The position numbers and the translations under genes are program-made. A stretch of 64,000 nucleotides of DNA from Blepharisma stoltei ATCC 30299 (Eukaryota; Protista; Ciliophora), in assembly GCA_965603825.1 (NCBI GenBank), contig CBFDEM010000057.1, forward strand, positions 794,818 to 858,817. Reading direction: 5' to 3'. The notes beneath the pieces were generated by a model. It was given only the letters and a program-made list of their open reading frames with translations. It was not told the DNA's origin and did no database searches. Of this stretch, positions 23,986 through 35,773 are shown one piece after another (positions within the stretch are counted from its first letter, which is position 1; every line of letters starts with the position of its first letter).

Positions 23986-25398
23986 ATGTTTTCCCATAGC
24001 TCTTCTTCTCAGAGGATTTCAGACATTTTCAGCATAACTAGAACCCCAGAAAGTGAACTCTACCATGAAGAACGTCAAATTTTGAGGCAGCACATTGGGA
24101 GGCTAAACAGATCATTTGACGGTAAGGAAAAAATTTTGAAAAGTTTTGAAGATTTATTGAGAGCTGTGCACTTTTTTGATAAGCCTGATATAATCCCAAC
24201 CCCTAATGATATGGATTGGATTAAGCAGCAAATTTTAATTAGGCAGGAAGACACTCAGGAATCATATAAGAGACTATATGAAGATGAAAAGAAATTAAGA
24301 AAAGATGAAGAACAGGATTGAAGGGAAAAAGAAAAGAAATGGAAATATTTAGAAAAAGAGTGGGAAGAGTCTATAAAAAGAGGTAAAATAGCAGAAAATG
24401 AACAGAGGAATAGGAGGGCTGGGGAGATTGAAAGAGAAAATGAAGGACTGAAAAGTATGGTGAGAGAGATGAGGAATAAATGTGAAGAATTGGAAGGAAT
24501 AAATAGAAATATGAGAAGGGAGCAGGAGGAAAGAGATGTAATTATAGAAGAGCTGAAAGAAGAGGTAGAAATATTGAGAAGTACAGTAAGGGAGTATAGA
24601 AACAAATATGAAGAAGAATGTGAGGAAATGAGGAAGTTGAAGACTGGGTTTAAAGAAAAATATTTAGCAGAAGAACTATTGCAAGCCAAAAATAAATTGA
24701 ATGCGCTGCAAGAAGAGTATGAATTTACGTTAAACAAACTTAAAAAAGTTGAGTCTTTCAAAGAAATAGAAGGGAAAAGAGACCCAAAAGATATTTTCGA
24801 GCTTGAAAAAAGAAATAAAGAGCTTGAAGGAAGACTGCAAATTTTAGAAAAGGCCTATGCAAGCCAACTGGATATTAATGAAAAAAAGAAAAATGAAGAA
24901 AAAATTAAAATAGAAGAAAATCCAGAAATATGGATAGAAAATGGTTTAGATAAAAACCAAGCTAATCAAATTTCAGCAAAACTGATAAATCCTTTCCAGA
25001 AATTAAATAGCGCAGACTCATTAAATCTTGAAGATAGACTTCTTCAAACCCCGCTTTCTAATCACTCAGAAAAGGACAATTTAAAACATTTATTTTCAAT
25101 TAAGTCAAGCCATGACAGCACTCTTGATCCTAAAATCCATAAAAACCTCAAAGGAGAATCCAAAAAATTTAAGAAATCATTAAAGCACAAAGGCTCATCT
25201 ACAAATCTTCATACTGACCGTTCTGATTTTTCAAGCAGAAGGGATCATATTGACGGAAGTTCACAAATGTCAAAAACAGACAGAAAAAGCAGCAGGGAAA
25301 GACTCACAACAGAAAAAGGAGACTTTTGTGAGGTCTGTGTCAAAGTCCATGGCCACAAATGGGCGAACTCTCCTTATAAAGAAAAAATAAATAATTAA
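23986..25398 (+). CDS. Coiled-coil protein
   Basis: Two ORFs joined in frame through TGA 24319-24321; E/K/R-rich heptads. Confidence 0.75.
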
Positions 25399-25403
25399 AC
25401 AGT

Positions 25404-27038
25404 TTATTTACAGGTTATTTTCTTACTTAGAAAGTCTTCGCTCAAAAACGACTTTGATTTCTTTGTAATAGGCTTCTTCCTTGGGGATAGCTGTGGCCTA
25501 GAGCTTTGGCAAATCCAAGGATGCCTTGAAGCTTCATCAGGGTTCAGCCTTTTGTCTGGGTCCCAGTTCAAAATATCTTTTACGAATTCTAGAAACAGCC
25601 CATCATTAGTCCCAACCATAGCTGCCAGTGGCCTTGTATTTGGATATCTCAATTTCCCTCTCGAATTTGGGACAATTTTTGGCTGTCCGTCCGGCTCAAA
25701 AAATAATTTTTTCCTAGTGCTTTGTTCCAAAATATTAGGAGGCGGGACACCTAACACCTCAATAATCCTTAGCAGCTGCTCATGCTCATTTTCTCCAGGA
25801 AATAATGGGTACCCAGTATGAAGTTCTACCACAATGCACCCAAAACTCCACATATCAATCCCTGTTGTATAAGGAATTCCTAATATAATTTCAGGCGCTC
25901 TATAAAACCTTGACTGAATATATGTATAAATCCTTTCTGCTTCAAGACAAGAAGAGCCATAGTCAATTATTTTTATTGCAGACTCATTAGGGGATTTTAG
26001 TAATATATTTTCTGGCTTTAGGTCACAGTGGATTATGGAATAAAGTTTAGTGAATCGCATAGCGACTAAAATTTGGACTGCAAATCTACGGACTAGAGAT
26101 AGAGATAAGCCTTCAAAAGAGTTAAGTTTTAAGAACTCGTAGAGATTGATGGATAAAAGCTCAAAGGTAATTATCAAATGTTTCCGAAACATAAAATTGT
26201 CCTTTATTCTAACAATATTAAATTTGTCCTCTGGGTCTTGGGCTTTCAATAAATCAAGGACCTTCACCTCGACAGCGCCTTGTTTAATGAACCTCTTTTT
26301 ATTTTTTATGATTTTCAAAGCAACAATCTCTCCGTTCTTATGATCCATACATTTCAATACTTGCCCAAAAGATCCTTTTCCTAAAAAGCTCAAAGCCTCA
26401 TACCTATAGCCAATATGATCCCCAATGACACAATTATAATTTCCTTTTTCATCGTCATACCCATAGTTGAAATTTTCATTTTTCGCATGGATTTTGGGAG
26501 CTCCCGACCCTATAAAATAAATTTCTTTATAATCCAAAATTTCTAATTGTTCATATTCAGTTAGCATATTTCCCATGTTTTTCAAGACTTCCCCAGGTGA
26601 TAAATAAAGTTTTAGATTTTTTTTTGACTCAGTTGATAATGATTTTAAATGTGACCTTGCAGTTCTGGTTCTGCTTGAATTCAAACTTTGTAAAGAGCTT
26701 GAAGGACTGTTAAAGCTCAGGTTTATTTGTTTAGTAGCTCGGCTTGATAAAAGCCCTTCAAAGACACGACGGGACGACGAAGAGTTGTTTAATGAGTTGT
26801 TGGAACTTGATTTATTTTGGATTGGGAGGATTGGCACTTTTTTGGATCGAGTTGTTGTTAAGCCAGATGGAAGCTTTATTTGACGGCGAGGGGAAGCTTG
26901 AACTTTGGTTAAGCCTAAGAAAAGCTTAGGTTGTGGATGAATACGCTTAACAGAGCCTTCGTCGAAACTGTTTCCTATAGACCGAGACGAGGCTTTGAAT
27001 CGATGTACACGGGTTAAGGGTTGGGCGTCAAAAGACAT
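25404..27038 (-). CDS. DYRK-family (class 2-like) dual-specificity kinase
   Basis: DH box YDDEKGNY, GKGSFG, HCDLKPEN, YTYIQSRFYRAPE. Confidence 0.93.
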   Translation of the reverse strand: MSFDAQPLTRVHRFKASSRSIGNSFDEGSVKRIHPQPKLFLGLTKVQASPRRQIKLPSGLTTTRSKKVPILPIQNKSSSNNSLNNSSSSRRVFEGLLSSRATKQINLSFNSPSSSLQSLNSSRTRTARSHLKSLSTESKKNLKLYLSPGEVLKNMGNMLTEYEQLEILDYKEIYFIGSGAPKIHAKNENFNYGYDDEKGNYNCVIGDHIGYRYEALSFLGKGSFGQVLKCMDHKNGEIVALKIIKNKKRFIKQGAVEVKVLDLLKAQDPEDKFNIVRIKDNFMFRKHLIITFELLSINLYEFLKLNSFEGLSLSLVRRFAVQILVAMRFTKLYSIIHCDLKPENILLKSPNESAIKIIDYGSSCLEAERIYTYIQSRFYRAPEIILGIPYTTGIDMWSFGCIVVELHTGYPLFPGENEHEQLLRIIEVLGVPPPNILEQSTRKKLFFEPDGQPKIVPNSRGKLRYPNTRPLAAMVGTNDGLFLEFVKDILNWDPDKRLNPDEASRHPWICQSSRPQLSPRKKPITKKSKSFLSEDFLSKKITCK

Positions 27039-27205
27039 ATTTAATAGAAAATGTTAATAGATATTAAAACTGGAGAATTATGGAAATGAAAATTTTCTGG
27101 TTTTAGGGGATTTTATATTATTTAGAAGAATCGATTTATGAATTATATAAATATTTGTGGATTCTCCATATATAAAATATAAATTGTGGCTTTTTGCATA
27201 ATAAT

Positions 27206-28624
27206 ATGCTTAGGAGATCAATTTGCCAATTTTACAAAAATTGCCAAGAAGCAATATCAGACATACCTTCAGGCTCTTCTATTGCAGTAGGCGGGTTCGG
27301 CACAAGTGGAGTCCCTGAAAACTTGCTTAAAGCTTTAAGCAAAAAACCAGTTTCAGGCTTAAAATTCATGAGCATAGACTGCACAATTGATAACTATGGC
27401 ATCGACTGAGTTTTAAAAAACAAGCAAATTTCCCACCTTACCGTCTCATTTGTTGGAGACAGCCAAAACTTCCAAAAACAATTTTTTGACGGAACTCTTT
27501 CCGTCGATTTCACACCTATGGGAACTCTTGTAGAAAAATTCCGAACAGGAGGTGCAGGAATCCCTGCATTTTACACAAAAACAGGCACAAAAACCCCTTA
27601 TGTCAGTGGTCTCCCAAAACGTTATAAACCTGGAGGCCTTGAAGTCGCTGAATACAGCCTTCCTAAAGACACAAAAATGTTTAATAACAGAGAATACATA
27701 CTAGAGCCTTCCCTAAATGCAGATTTTGCCTTCATAAAAGCCTGAAAAGGCGACAAATTAGGAAATTTAGTATTTAAAGGCAACTCCCAAAACTCCAACC
27801 CAGACGTTGCCAAATGTGCAAAAATCGCTATAGCAGAGGTAGAAGAACTGGTAGAGCCTGGAGAAATTGACCCAAAGCACGTCCATTTGCCTGGCGTTTA
27901 CGTTGATAGAATAGTAAATCCACCAGTTTATATAAAGCCAATTTTACATTTGAAGCATAAATCTGATTTTGAGGTTTCTGCAGCTGAAAATCTTATATTG
28001 ACAAGGGCAGCTAAAGAAATTAAATCAGGGATGATTGTAAATTTAGGCGTTGGGCTACCTGTTTTTCTCCAAAAATACTTGCAAGACAAAAATATTATTC
28101 TTCAGTCAGAAAATGGCCTGCTAGGAGTTGGAGACTACCCAGAGCCAGGTCAGGAAGACCCTGATTTGATTAACCCTGCAAAAGAAACTATTACAATGAA
28201 CCCAGGAGCTGCGCTTTTTGAAAGCTCTGAAAGTTTTGCTATGATCAGAGGATCGCATATTGACGTTAGTATCCTCGGGGCTTTGCAAGTCTCCTTAAAT
28301 TGTGACATTGCAAGTTGAATGATCCCAGGAAAACTAATCCGAGGAATGGGCGGCGCTATGGACTTGGTAGGGTCTGATTCAAGAAAAATAGTGACTATGG
28401 TGCACAGCTTTAAGGATCAGTCAAAAATTGTGGAAAAGTGCAGCTATCCTCTAACAGGGACTAATATAAGTATGCTGATAACTGAGCTTGGAGTGTTTGA
28501 AAATAGAGAAGGGAAGCTTACATTAATTGAATTAATGCCAGGGGTAGATTTGGAGCTTATTCAGGCAAAAACAAAATGCAAGTTTGAGACTTGCTCAAGC
28601 TTGAAAAGTGTAGGACAAACTTAA
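27206..28624 (+). CDS. OXCT1: Succinyl-CoA:3-ketoacid CoA transferase (fused alpha/beta, mitochondrial)
   Basis: VGGFG..GVPENL, GGAGIPAFYT, KAW(TGA)KGD, VNLGVGLP, QSENG, IASW(TGA)MIPGK..GMGGAMDLV; four track ORFs in one frame. Confidence 0.92.
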
Positions 28625-28691
28625 TTTTACCGATAATTTTAATATAACCCTATAGTATCCCTAAAATTTAAATCATAATTTAAATAAAATT

Positions 28692-29519
28692 ATGTCTAAC
28701 GAGCCAAGAATTTGGACCTTACAAGACTTCGAAATAGGCAAAGCCCTAGGCAAGGGAAAATTCGGCCATGTCTACCTCGCCAGAGAAAAGCGAACCCACT
28801 ACATAGTCGCTTTAAAAATGCTCAGCAAGAGGCAGCTTCTAGAAGTACTCACTATTTAGTCACGCATGGAGCGACAGCTTAGGCGGGAAATCGAAATCCA
28901 ATCCCACCTCAAACACCCCAACATTTTACGACTTTTTGGCTATTTTTGGGACGAAAAACGCATTTATTTGATACTAGAATATGCTCCAAATGGCGAACTT
29001 TTTAACGAACTCCGCATTGAGAGGAAATTTTCTGAGCCAAAATCAGCAAATTATATAGAACAAGTAATTAATGCCCTAATGTGTTTGCATGAAAACAATA
29101 TAATTCATAGAGACATCAAGCCAGAAAATTTATTAAATTCTTGCGGAGTAATAAAAATCAGCGACTTTGGGTGGTCTGTGCATGCGCCGACGACAAGAAG
29201 GAAGACACTGTGCGGAACACTTGATTATTTGCCGCCGGAAATGGTGTGTAGGGAGGAGTATGATGAGTTTATAGACCATTGGGCGTTAGGGGTGCTAACT
29301 TATGAATTTTTAGTGGGGGAACCGCCTTTTGAAAGCAGAGAACCGAGAGAGACTTATAGAAGGATTGAAGGGCTGCAGTATAATGTTCCAAGTCATATAA
29401 GTGAAGAAGCTAGAGATTTTATATCGAAGCTCCTAAAGAGAAATCCCTATGAAAGAATGAGCTTAGAAGAAGCACTAGAACACCCGTGGCTGGTAAAACA
29501 CAGAAATAGTATGGTATAA
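28692..29519 (+). CDS. Aurora kinase (one intron)
   Basis: [59 protein letters not shown]. Confidence 0.95.
28845..28859 (+). other. 15-nt intron GTACTCACTATTTAG
   Basis: Joins the Aurora N-lobe exon to the downstream ORF and removes an in-frame TAG. Confidence 0.93.
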
Positions 29520-29648
29520 CTATGTAACTTTTTATTTTTTTAATTAATTTATTGAAAAAGATGATTCTTGATATGGAAATCTATTATGAGCGATTTGTTT
29601 ATATTTCAATTAGGGTGCAAATTTTATAAGTGGAATAATAATTATAAA

Positions 29649-29894
29649 ATGGAATTAGGCACCTTGGAATTAGACTTAAAAGGCAGCATCAAAAATGTAA
29701 CTCATAAATAGAGCTCAGGAGAATTAGAAGGATGGCCTGAAGAAAATAGAAAACGAGTGCTGACGATGCTGGAAGATTCTGGTGCGCTTTTAGGCTCAGA
29801 TTCTTTCAGAAGACTAGTTGTTGCTTATACAGGCTATGAGTATTTAATTACAATTACCCGAGATTCCATATTAGTTCTATTAAGAGAAAATTAA
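29649..29894 (+). CDS. LAMTOR4: Ragulator subunit LAMTOR4-like roadblock protein, 76 aa (one intron; absent from ORF track)
   Basis: [16 protein letters not shown]|SSGELEG...[30 protein letters not shown] resembles the LAMTOR4 SSGDLE and FKRLSV motifs (recalled, not searched). Confidence 0.75.
29697..29711 (+). other. 15-nt intron GTAACTCATAAATAG
   Basis: Consensus match; removes an in-frame TAG. Confidence 0.85.
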
Positions 29895-29938
29895 CTAGTC
29901 ACTTTACTATGCATTTCCATCTATCTTTTGTAATAAAT

Positions 29939-31006
29939 ATGCTTGATATTCGTGTAGGAGGCAGATATCGAATTGGCAAAAAAATCGGCAGCGGGTCGTT
30001 TGGAGAAATTTTCATCGGCGTCGACATCCAGACCAACGAAGAAGTTGCTATTAAGCTTGAAAAAATCGATTCAAGGCATCCTCAGCTTATTTATGAAAGT
30101 AAACTGATACGGTTGTTGCAGGGTGGACCCGGACTTCCAGGAATTCTTTGATATGGGGTCGAGGGCAACTATAACGCAATGGTCATGGAGTTATTAGGCC
30201 CGAGCCTCGAAGATCTCTTTAACTTTTGCAATCGGCGCTTTACCTTGAAAACTGTACTTATGCTTGCTGACCAAATGATCTGTAGGGTGGAATATGTCCA
30301 CTCTAAGAATTTCATACACAGAGACATCAAGCCTGACAACTTCTTAATAGGTCTTGGCAAGCGGAGCAGCCTTCTGCATATAATAGATTTCGGGCTGGCC
30401 AAAAAATACAGAGATCAGAAAACTCATAAACATATTCCTTATATTGAAGGAAAAAGCCTTACAGGGACTGCGAGATATGCCTCAATTAACACCCATATGG
30501 GCATTGAACAGTCAAGAAGGGACGATTTGGAGTCAATAGGCTACGTTTTGATGTATTTTTTAAGAGGAAGTTTGCCATGGCAAGGAATTTCAGCTCACGG
30601 AAAGCAAGAAAAATATCAAAAAATAAAAGAAGCTAAAATGAGCTCAGCGGTAGAGGCACTATGCAGAGGATTTCCACCTGAGTTTGTAATATATCTTAAT
30701 TACTGCAGAGAGCTGAAATTTGAAGATAAGCCAGACTATGGGTATTTGAGGAGGCTATTTAAAGATCTTTTTGTAAGGGAAGGGTATGAGTATGACTATG
30801 TTTTTGACTGGACACTTTTAAATTATTCTAATGCAAGGCCACAAAGACATAGGCAGAGGATTGAGGAGGAGAAAAAAGAAGCTAGAGATGTGAGCAGAGA
30901 GGTAATAAATGAAAGCTCAAACAAAGAGATCGAAATAAAGCCTATTGAAAAGCAGGATACGAAAAAGTCTGATAAGAAAAACAAGAGTAAGTGCGATATT
31001 TTTTAA
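29939..31006 (+). CDS. CK1: Casein kinase I
   Basis: [20 protein letters not shown](TGA)[36 protein letters not shown]; C-terminal CDIF CaaX-like. Confidence 0.95.
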
Positions 31007-31028
31007 TAAAATTGTAAAATATAAAAAT

Positions 31029-32507
31029 TTATAGTAGCATGGAGAGCTTGGATTTTATTGATTCGAGTATCATGAAGTTAACGTTGTCTTCGGCTTCGAT
31101 TGTGCTTAGAGGCGAAAGGCTTTTTAGAAGACTTTCATGGCGCTTGGCTTTTCTTTCGAGGTTTTTTGCGTATTTGTGGATGTCTGTAGGCTTTTCGAGA
31201 GACTCAAAGGACTTGTAAGAGTTTTCAAGTAGCTCTTTAGCTTCAATTTCTCTAAGCCGCTTTTGGTCTTCTAGATAGTTACGTCTAGTAGGTCTAAAAG
31301 AAGATGACTCCTGCATGATACTCAACTGAGAGCTGCTACTATCACTCTCCGAGCTTATCCTACTATGCCTTTTCATAGTAGTTTTTGATCTTCTAATTAC
31401 AGGTGCCCTATGTGACAAACTTTGTGATTTTGGTAAAATTTCTCTTTTTTTGTCAATTCTTTTTATGCTTTCCTCTAACTCCTGCTTTTTCTGCTTATCA
31501 ATTATCGGTGGAAAATGCTCAATCACGATTTTCCCGTACTCAATTCTTTTATTCGCAAGCAATTTTTTTTCTAATGACATATATTCTTGCTTTTCACGTT
31601 CTTTTCTATCGTTTTCAATCACATCACTCATAAATTTGCTCGAATATGTTGTAGGGCTTTCTCCCCTGCTTGCGCTTTGGGATTTTATTTTTGATTTTTC
31701 ATCAATATATTTTTGGTATTTTTCTATATGATTTTCTATTTCTTCGTGCCTTACTGGTGAATAGATTTCTCGTTTTTTGATTAAAACCGTTTTTCTTCTT
31801 TCCATTTCAGGTCTAACTACTTTTTCTTCGTATTCGTCTTCTATTTTTTTATATAGCGGCTTTTCTTTGGAAAGGCTTTTCATCTCGGTTTTTGCTTTAA
31901 ATAAATTCAATTTTCTTTGCTCTCTTTTAACCACTAGTTCGTCAACTCGCTTTCTTTTAGCAAGATTAATCCTATCCATCTCGAGCTGCTGTTGCCATAA
32001 GGACTCCTCATATTCTTTTTCTTCTTCTTTTATTTCTTTAAGTTTCTGCTCTTCTTTTTCCTTCAACTTTTTAGCTCTTTCTTTTAACAATTTTTTGGCA
32101 AAATCAGCTGCATATTGATATTTTTCGTTTTCTGAAGTAAAAACAACTTTTTTCTTTTCTCTAGGCTTGCTTTCTATCATTGATTTTGCTTTTTCTTTCT
32201 TTTTTTCTTTAATCTCATGTTTGATCTCTTCAAAAAAATCATCATCACTTTTTTCATTAATTTCTTCTTCGCTTTCTACATCACAAATAACGGGCTCCAA
32301 TTCAATGACTCCTTTCTTTTTTTCTTTTCCGTTTCCTTTATTTTCTTTATTTTTCACAATTTTCACAAAATTTCCACCAAGACTTGCTATAATATTTTTC
32401 TTAACTCTTTTTATAACACTCCACGCTGCAAAGTCTTCATAGTCTTTTGATCCAATTGAGTTTAGAAGGACTTCCATATAATTTTTTAGCCTTTTTCGCT
32501 TCGGCAT
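31029..32507 (-). CDS. Charged coiled-coil protein
   Basis: 492-aa K/E-rich ORF; start uncertain. Confidence 0.7.
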   Translation of the reverse strand: MPKRKRLKNYMEVLLNSIGSKDYEDFAAWSVIKRVKKNIIASLGGNFVKIVKNKENKGNGKEKKKGVIELEPVICDVESEEEINEKSDDDFFEEIKHEIKEKKKEKAKSMIESKPREKKKVVFTSENEKYQYAADFAKKLLKERAKKLKEKEEQKLKEIKEEEKEYEESLWQQQLEMDRINLAKRKRVDELVVKREQRKLNLFKAKTEMKSLSKEKPLYKKIEDEYEEKVVRPEMERRKTVLIKKREIYSPVRHEEIENHIEKYQKYIDEKSKIKSQSASRGESPTTYSSKFMSDVIENDRKEREKQEYMSLEKKLLANKRIEYGKIVIEHFPPIIDKQKKQELEESIKRIDKKREILPKSQSLSHRAPVIRRSKTTMKRHSRISSESDSSSSQLSIMQESSSFRPTRRNYLEDQKRLREIEAKELLENSYKSFESLEKPTDIHKYAKNLERKAKRHESLLKSLSPLSTIEAEDNVNFMILESIKSKLSMLL

Positions 32508-32585
32508 CTTCTTGAAAATCCAGACTATTTAATATCAATTTATTCATGCACTCTGCATCAAATTGGACATATTTTTTAGCCACTC

Positions 32586-33395
32586 ATGAGCCAGCAACGC
32601 AAGCAGCAAAGAGAAGAGGACATTCAGCTTTTACTTGCAGTTAAAGCACACCTTGGCACTCCTAATGTTTCAGAGCAAATGAAGCCTTATGTTTTCCAAA
32701 AACGTGCAGATGGCTTAAACATCATCCACCTAGGCAAAACCTGGGAAAAATTGATGCTGGCAGCCAGAGCTATCGTTGCTGTCGAAAACCCAAGCGACGT
32801 CATAGTCATCAGCGCTCGTCCTTATGGCCAACGTGCAGTCCTCAAATTCTCTCAATACACTGAAACCTCTTATCTCGCTGGCAGATGGACTCCAGGTACT
32901 TTTACAAACCAAAAAATCCCTAAATTCATGGAGCCAAGACTTATCATTGTGACAGACCCACTTACAGACCACCAAGCTTTAATCGAAGCTTCATATGCGA
33001 ATGTCCCTACTATTGCATTTTGTGATACAGACTCACCAATGAAATTTGTCGATATTGCGATCCCTTGCAATAACAAAGCTAAGAACTCAATTGCTATGAT
33101 GTATTGGCTTCTAGCAAGAGAAGTGCTTTATTTAAGAGGAGCCTTAAGCAGATCACAACCATGGGACGTAATGGTCGATTTATTCATATGGAGAGACATT
33201 GAAGCTGAAGAAAGAGCTGCCAAAGAAAAAGGAGAAGCAGTAAGAGAAACTAGACAGAGAAGAAAAGAGCAGTATGATGAAGCAGGAAACGAGGAACCAG
33301 CTGAAGGAGTAGCTAACGAAGAAAACTGGGGCGAACAAGACAACTGGGATGCAGTACCAGAAGGTGAGGGACAACCAGCCGCAGGTTGGGAATAA
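32586..33395 (+). CDS. RPSA: 40S ribosomal protein SA (uS2)
   Basis: [48 protein letters not shown]. Confidence 0.97.
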   Translation: MSQQRKQQREEDIQLLLAVKAHLGTPNVSEQMKPYVFQKRADGLNIIHLGKTWEKLMLAARAIVAVENPSDVIVISARPYGQRAVLKFSQYTETSYLAGRWTPGTFTNQKIPKFMEPRLIIVTDPLTDHQALIEASYANVPTIAFCDTDSPMKFVDIAIPCNNKAKNSIAMMYWLLAREVLYLRGALSRSQPWDVMVDLFIWRDIEAEERAAKEKGEAVRETRQRRKEQYDEAGNEEPAEGVANEENWGEQDNWDAVPEGEGQPAAGWE

Positions 33396-33443
33396 ATAAT
33401 TCCATTTTAGAAAATTAATAGGATATAAATTTGAATTGGCGGT

Positions 33444-35048
33444 ATGGACAGACTAAGTGTTGATAGAATTGAAGACAGGAAAAAAAACTACCAGAAAGGC
33501 GTTGACATACTTGAAATGAAAAAAAAGCGAGAAGAAGGGGCGATCCAGCTGAGAAAGAAAAAGAGAAATGAGCACATCTGCAAGAAGCGAGCCATGGGAG
33601 TTGACAGAATTGTGGCATCAAACGATATGAGAGACTATCAGCCAAACACATTCAGCTTCCCTGCTGAAATGGTGCCTGCTGTATTAGAAAAAAGAGACCA
33701 AAGATTGGCAGCTCCTGATTATTCTGCGTTCCAAAGGTTCACTCTCTTGGTCCATTTTATAATAGCTGAAGAAGATGAAGCTGTTTTAACCGAAGCTGCA
33801 AAAGTGTTAAGAAAACTATTAGCAGGGAACAGCCAGCCTTCTTTAAAAACCCTTGTTGAGATTGGAATCAGTTCAAAATTAATAAAATTGCTGAGCTCAA
33901 AAAACGAGAATTTATTATCTGAAGTTTCCTGATGCTTAATTAATTTATCGTCAGGCCCCGCTGATATTTCAAGTGTTATGCTAAATCAAAACATAGCCAA
34001 AACTTTGGCTCAAGTTTTGGAAAAATGCGAGTCAGTTGAGCTTGCAAATAACTTTGCATGAATACTCGGAAATATTTCAGCAGACTCAATAGATAATAGA
34101 GACACTATTTTGGAGACTGGGGTGGTAAAAACACTTGTAGGCTTTATAAATGAAAATTTTAATGGGAGCTCTTTTGTGATTTGGACACTAAGTAACTTGT
34201 CGAAAGGGAAACCAATGCCAGAGGAGCATATTATTTTAGACCTTTTGAAGATTTTCCCTAGGGCTATTGAGACAGATAATGAAGATATCCTGGTAGATGC
34301 CTGCTGAATTTTGTCTAATATAACTGATGGTGAAAAGTACATTGATAAAGTTTCTGATATTGGGATTATTCCTAAATTGATAGACTTATTGGCTCATCCG
34401 AGCCAAGATGTGCAAGGATTCGCGTCAAGAGTAATCGGAAATATTATCGTCAACTCTGATAAATATACCCGGACACTGCTGAATTTAGGAATTTTAGACA
34501 ATTTAGGAGCTTTATTGTACCACCCTCGCAGGTCATTAAAAAAAGAAGCTTTATTATCATTGGGCAACTTTTTGTTTGGAAATGACGAACAAGTCGAGCT
34601 TGTTATCAGTCACCCTTGCATGAAAAATATCGTCAGATTCTTATTAGATGCTGACCAAAATATCCGATATGAAGCTTTATGGGCTATTGGCAACGCCACC
34701 CATACCAGCAATCGAAATATAATTAAAAAATTAGAAAAATACGAAGTTTTGAAATCCCTTGTGGAGAACTTAAAAGACAAGCACCCTAAGACTCTTGTGG
34801 TAGCTTTAAAAGCTATTGACTGTATATTAGAAGCAGGGACTCAAACGAGTGCCGATACAGGAATAAACATGCTGGCCTATAAGTTTCAAGAACTTGGAGG
34901 GGTTGACATGCTTGAGTTCTTACAAAGCCACCCCAATGTGACGATTTACAATATTGCAGTCCACATTATGATGAAATATTATGGAGTTGAAGAAGACGTG
35001 GACGAGAACTTAAACGGCAGCGAGTCTAATGGTTTTGTGTTTAGTTAA
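33444..35048 (+). CDS. Importin alpha (IBB plus armadillo repeats)
   Basis: IBB RE..IQLRKKKR....KKR; ARM W-x-x-x-N motifs, three of them encoded by TGA (33930, 34059, 34305). Confidence 0.92.
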
Positions 35049-35051
35049 TAA

Positions 35052-35660
35052 TTAAAGTTGTTCTGTTATAATTTCAAGCCTCGAAAACTTTTTCGAAGTT
35101 TTTTTCTTCACTATTTCAAAATCAGCGTCTTCTTTAATTTCAACGACTTTGGGGGACTCGATCTTTTCATATTCGTCATAAGAAGGCAGCTCATTTTCAA
35201 TAGGGCTGGAGATCTTTTCAGATTCTTCATAAGGAGGTGGATTATTTTTAATTGGGGTGTCTAAAAGCTCATCAATTTCTATTTTTTCAGGCATTTTTTC
35301 ATCTGGATCAGGTATTTCGTCTTCGTCCCCTAGGTTAGGTGGCGGTTGGTAGCTTCTTTCCTCTTCAGTCTCATTAATAATTTTAGACAAATTTTCAATA
35401 CTGCTGTTGTCGCTCACCAAGATATCAGGCTCATCCACAGGCTCATGGATTTCTGCTGACTTGGGCTCTCCAGTATTCCTTGAAGAATGCCGAGATCTTG
35501 ATCTTGAACTTCTTGATTTAGACCTCCTATACGCCTTCGTTGGGGCAGGCTTCAGCGATTTTTCGAAAAAATTAGAAAAACCATTGACAACTTCATTTGG
35601 GAGCTGAGGAGGCAAAGGCACCAAAACTTGGGTGGTTTCTTTGGTGGAGCAAGAACCCAT
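35052..35660 (-). CDS. Low-complexity acidic protein with MGSCST acylation-type N-terminus and PPxY-like motifs
   Basis: ATG at 35660; PPPYEE and LPSYDE repeats. Confidence 0.65.
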   Translation of the reverse strand: MGSCSTKETTQVLVPLPPQLPNEVVNGFSNFFEKSLKPAPTKAYRRSKSRSSRSRSRHSSRNTGEPKSAEIHEPVDEPDILVSDNSSIENLSKIINETEEERSYQPPPNLGDEDEIPDPDEKMPEKIEIDELLDTPIKNNPPPYEESEKISSPIENELPSYDEYEKIESPKVVEIKEDADFEIVKKKTSKKFSRLEIITEQL

Positions 35661-35773
35661 ATTCAGTTTAATTATTACTTCTAGTATTAATGATATAATT
35701 TTTCCTAATAAATCCGCAAGCAAAGTGTTTTTACTACAAAAGAGTCAGCACTAACATTTATTTATAAATAAAA

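Noticed and set aside
24255-24761. 168-aa antisense ORF rich in S/F/L (and similar ones at 31403-32450, 41336-41962, 53381-53689)
   Set aside because: Shadow ORFs produced by the reverse complement of K/E-rich coding sequence
25955-25970. DYG instead of DFG in the DYRK kinase
   Set aside because: Conservative variant with all other catalytic motifs intact; not evidence of a pseudokinase
27206-28624. Pseudogene or selenoprotein interpretation of in-frame TGA codons
   Set aside because: TGA falls at conserved Trp, not Cys, positions in many essential genes
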